From Squalus acanthias (Eukaryota), in contig CM059432.1 in assembly GCA_030390025.1 (NCBI GenBank), positions 3,720,001 through 3,784,000 of the forward strand: a stretch of DNA of 64,000 bases, written 5' to 3'. How positions within the stretch are numbered: the first letter of the stretch is position 1; every line of letters begins with the position of its first letter. Position numbers and translations under genes: made by a program. Positions 62,085 through 64,000 of this stretch are shown here, piece by piece. Below the pieces are notes generated by a model. The model did not search any database. It had not been told where the DNA came from and saw nothing but the letters and a program-made list of their open reading frames with translations.

Positions 62085-62689
62085 AGTAGTTTGTTAGCTG
62101 CTAAGAAGTGCTAAAAGATCATCATTTGATGTGATTAGTTGCTTTTTTTTCTTGAACAGTAATAAATTCATTCTCAGGAATCAAACATTTCAAAACCGCA
62201 TGTCTCAGAATTTCATTAACGGGTCAGAAATTATGAAGAAAAGCAGGTATTTTATGCAGAGAAAAATGTGACACGGTGTCAGTATAGAAAACGATTGAAA
62301 TACCAAGGGGCATAAATTAGAAAGGATGAAATTGGGAATAAGAGGAACATTCACACAGCAGGATTCCACCTAAAGGGTAGCAGACCTGTGCCGGAAATTA
62401 AAATGGAAGATCATTGAAGTAGATAGCATGAACGGATTAAGGAGGTAATTAGATATGTTTCTGGAGAGAGAAGTGACTGAAGGATACACTGAGGCCATGG
62501 GTGGGATTAAGAACTTTTAAACAGCTTTAAATCCCAACTAACAGCTGATGTACGTATTTAAGTGGGGGTGGAAGGGTTTGGGGGGGGGTGGAGATTTGGC
62601 TTTCGTGGTAAAGGGGAACTGAGAGTCAGCAGTAGGTGCAGCTGAATGGATGGTATCTCTACATTGGTGACAAAGAGGTCTATGAGCTC

Positions 62690-62852
62690 CTCTATCCTTG
62701 GATCCCCCTCCTATTTCTCATCTACATGCTGCCCCTCGACGACATCATCCGAAAACACAGCATCAGGTTCCACATGTACGCTGACGACACCCAGCTCTAC
62801 CTCACCATCGCCTCTCTTGACCCCTCCACCGCCTCTGATTTGTCACACTGCT
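62690..62852 (+). mobile_element. L2 RT fragment
   Basis: PLLFLIYMLPL.DII...FHMYADDTQLY. Confidence 0.85.
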
Positions 62853-64000
62853 TAGAATAGAATCATAGAATGGTTACAGCAGGAAGAAGGCCATTCGGCC
62901 CGTCGAGCCCTTGCCGACTCTCAGCTAGTCCCACTCCCCCCCACTTTCCCCGTAGCCCTGCAAATTTTTTTCTTTCAGATACTTATCCAACTCCCTTTTG
63001 AAAGATAAGATTGAGTCTGCCTCCACCACCCTTTCAGACAGTGCATTCCAGATCCTAACCACTCGCTGAGTAAAAAGGTTTTTCCTTATGTCGCCTTTGG
63101 ATCTTCTGCCAATCACCTTAAATCTGTGTCCTCTGGTTCTCGACCCATCCGCCAATGGGAACAGTTTCTCTCTCTCTCTGCTCTGTCCAGACCCCTCATG
63201 ATTTTGAACACCTCAAATCTCCTCTCAATCTTCCCTGCTCCAAGGAGAACAACCCCAGCTTCCCCAGTCTATCAACGTAACTGAAGTCCCTCATTCCTGG
63301 AATCATTCTCATAAATCTTTTCTGCACCCTCTCTAAGGCCTTCACATCCTTCCTGAAGTACAGTGCCCAGAATTGGACACAATACTCCAGTTGGGGCCGA
63401 ACCAGTGTTTTATACAGGTTCATCATAATTTCCACACTTTTGTACTCTATACCTCTATTCATGAAGCCCAGGATCCCGTAAGCCTTTTTTAACTGCTTTC
63501 TCAACCTGCCCTGCCAGCTTCAACGATTTGTGCACATATACCCCCAGGTCTCTCTGTTCGTGCACCCCCTTTAGGATTGTACCCTTTAGATTATATTGCC
63601 TCTCCTCATTCTTTCTACCAAAATGTATCACTTCACACTTTTCTGCGTTAAATTTAATCTGCCATGTGTCCGCCCATTTTATGTCTTCCTGAAGTCTATC
63701 ACTATCCTCCTCGCTGTTCACTATCTTCCAAGTTTTGTGTCAACTGAAAATTTTGAAATTGTGGCCTGTACACCCGAGTCCAAGTCATTAATATATATCA
63801 AGAAAAGCAGTGGTCCTAGAACCGACCCCTGGGGAACACCACTGTATACCTTCCTCCAGTCCGAAAAACAACCGTTCACCACTACTCTCTGTTACCTGTC
63901 ACTTAGCTAATTTCGTATCCATGCTGCCACTGTCCCTTTTATTCCATGGGCTTCAACTTTGCTGGTAAGCCTATTATGTGGCACTTTGTCGAACGCCTTT
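62853..64000 (-). mobile_element. CR1 LINE running off the window edge
   Basis: [44 protein letters not shown]; frameshifts; ATTCT-type tail. Confidence 0.92.

Overview
Eukaryotic, repeat-saturated DNA with no recognisable host exon. The V-SINE (HE1-like), Deu-domain SINE (SacSINE1-like) and CR1/L2/RTE/Penelope mix points to a cartilaginous fish (shark-like) intron or intergenic region; this is inference. Main contents: (1) three PIF/Harbinger transposons. One is near-intact (1-4064: DDE transposase plus a 3-exon Myb/SANT gene I can splice into a 488-aa ORF), one is decayed but has both ends (6620-11269), and one is a remnant. Several Harbinger-type MITEs are also present. (2) A three-level nest at 50783-57541: a tRNA-derived SINE split by a ~2-kb polyadenylated Tx1-like element encoding only ORF1, itself split by a full-length CsRn1-clade Gypsy element (237-bp LTRs, GTGG TSD, tRNA-Trp PBS, CHCC Gag). 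(3) A Penelope-like RT/GIY-YIG element, two fold-back Penelope derivatives with 14-bp TSDs and minimal hammerhead ribozymes on both arms, and a twice-occurring SINE-hammerhead chimera. (4) A decayed tRNA-Glu(CTC) copy, two minisatellites and many LINE/SINE fragments. I found no clearly new biological system; the best candidates are unusual non-autonomous retroelements. Most short ORFs in the supplied track are shadows of repeats. Fragment boundaries are approximate unless a TSD or TIR is quoted.
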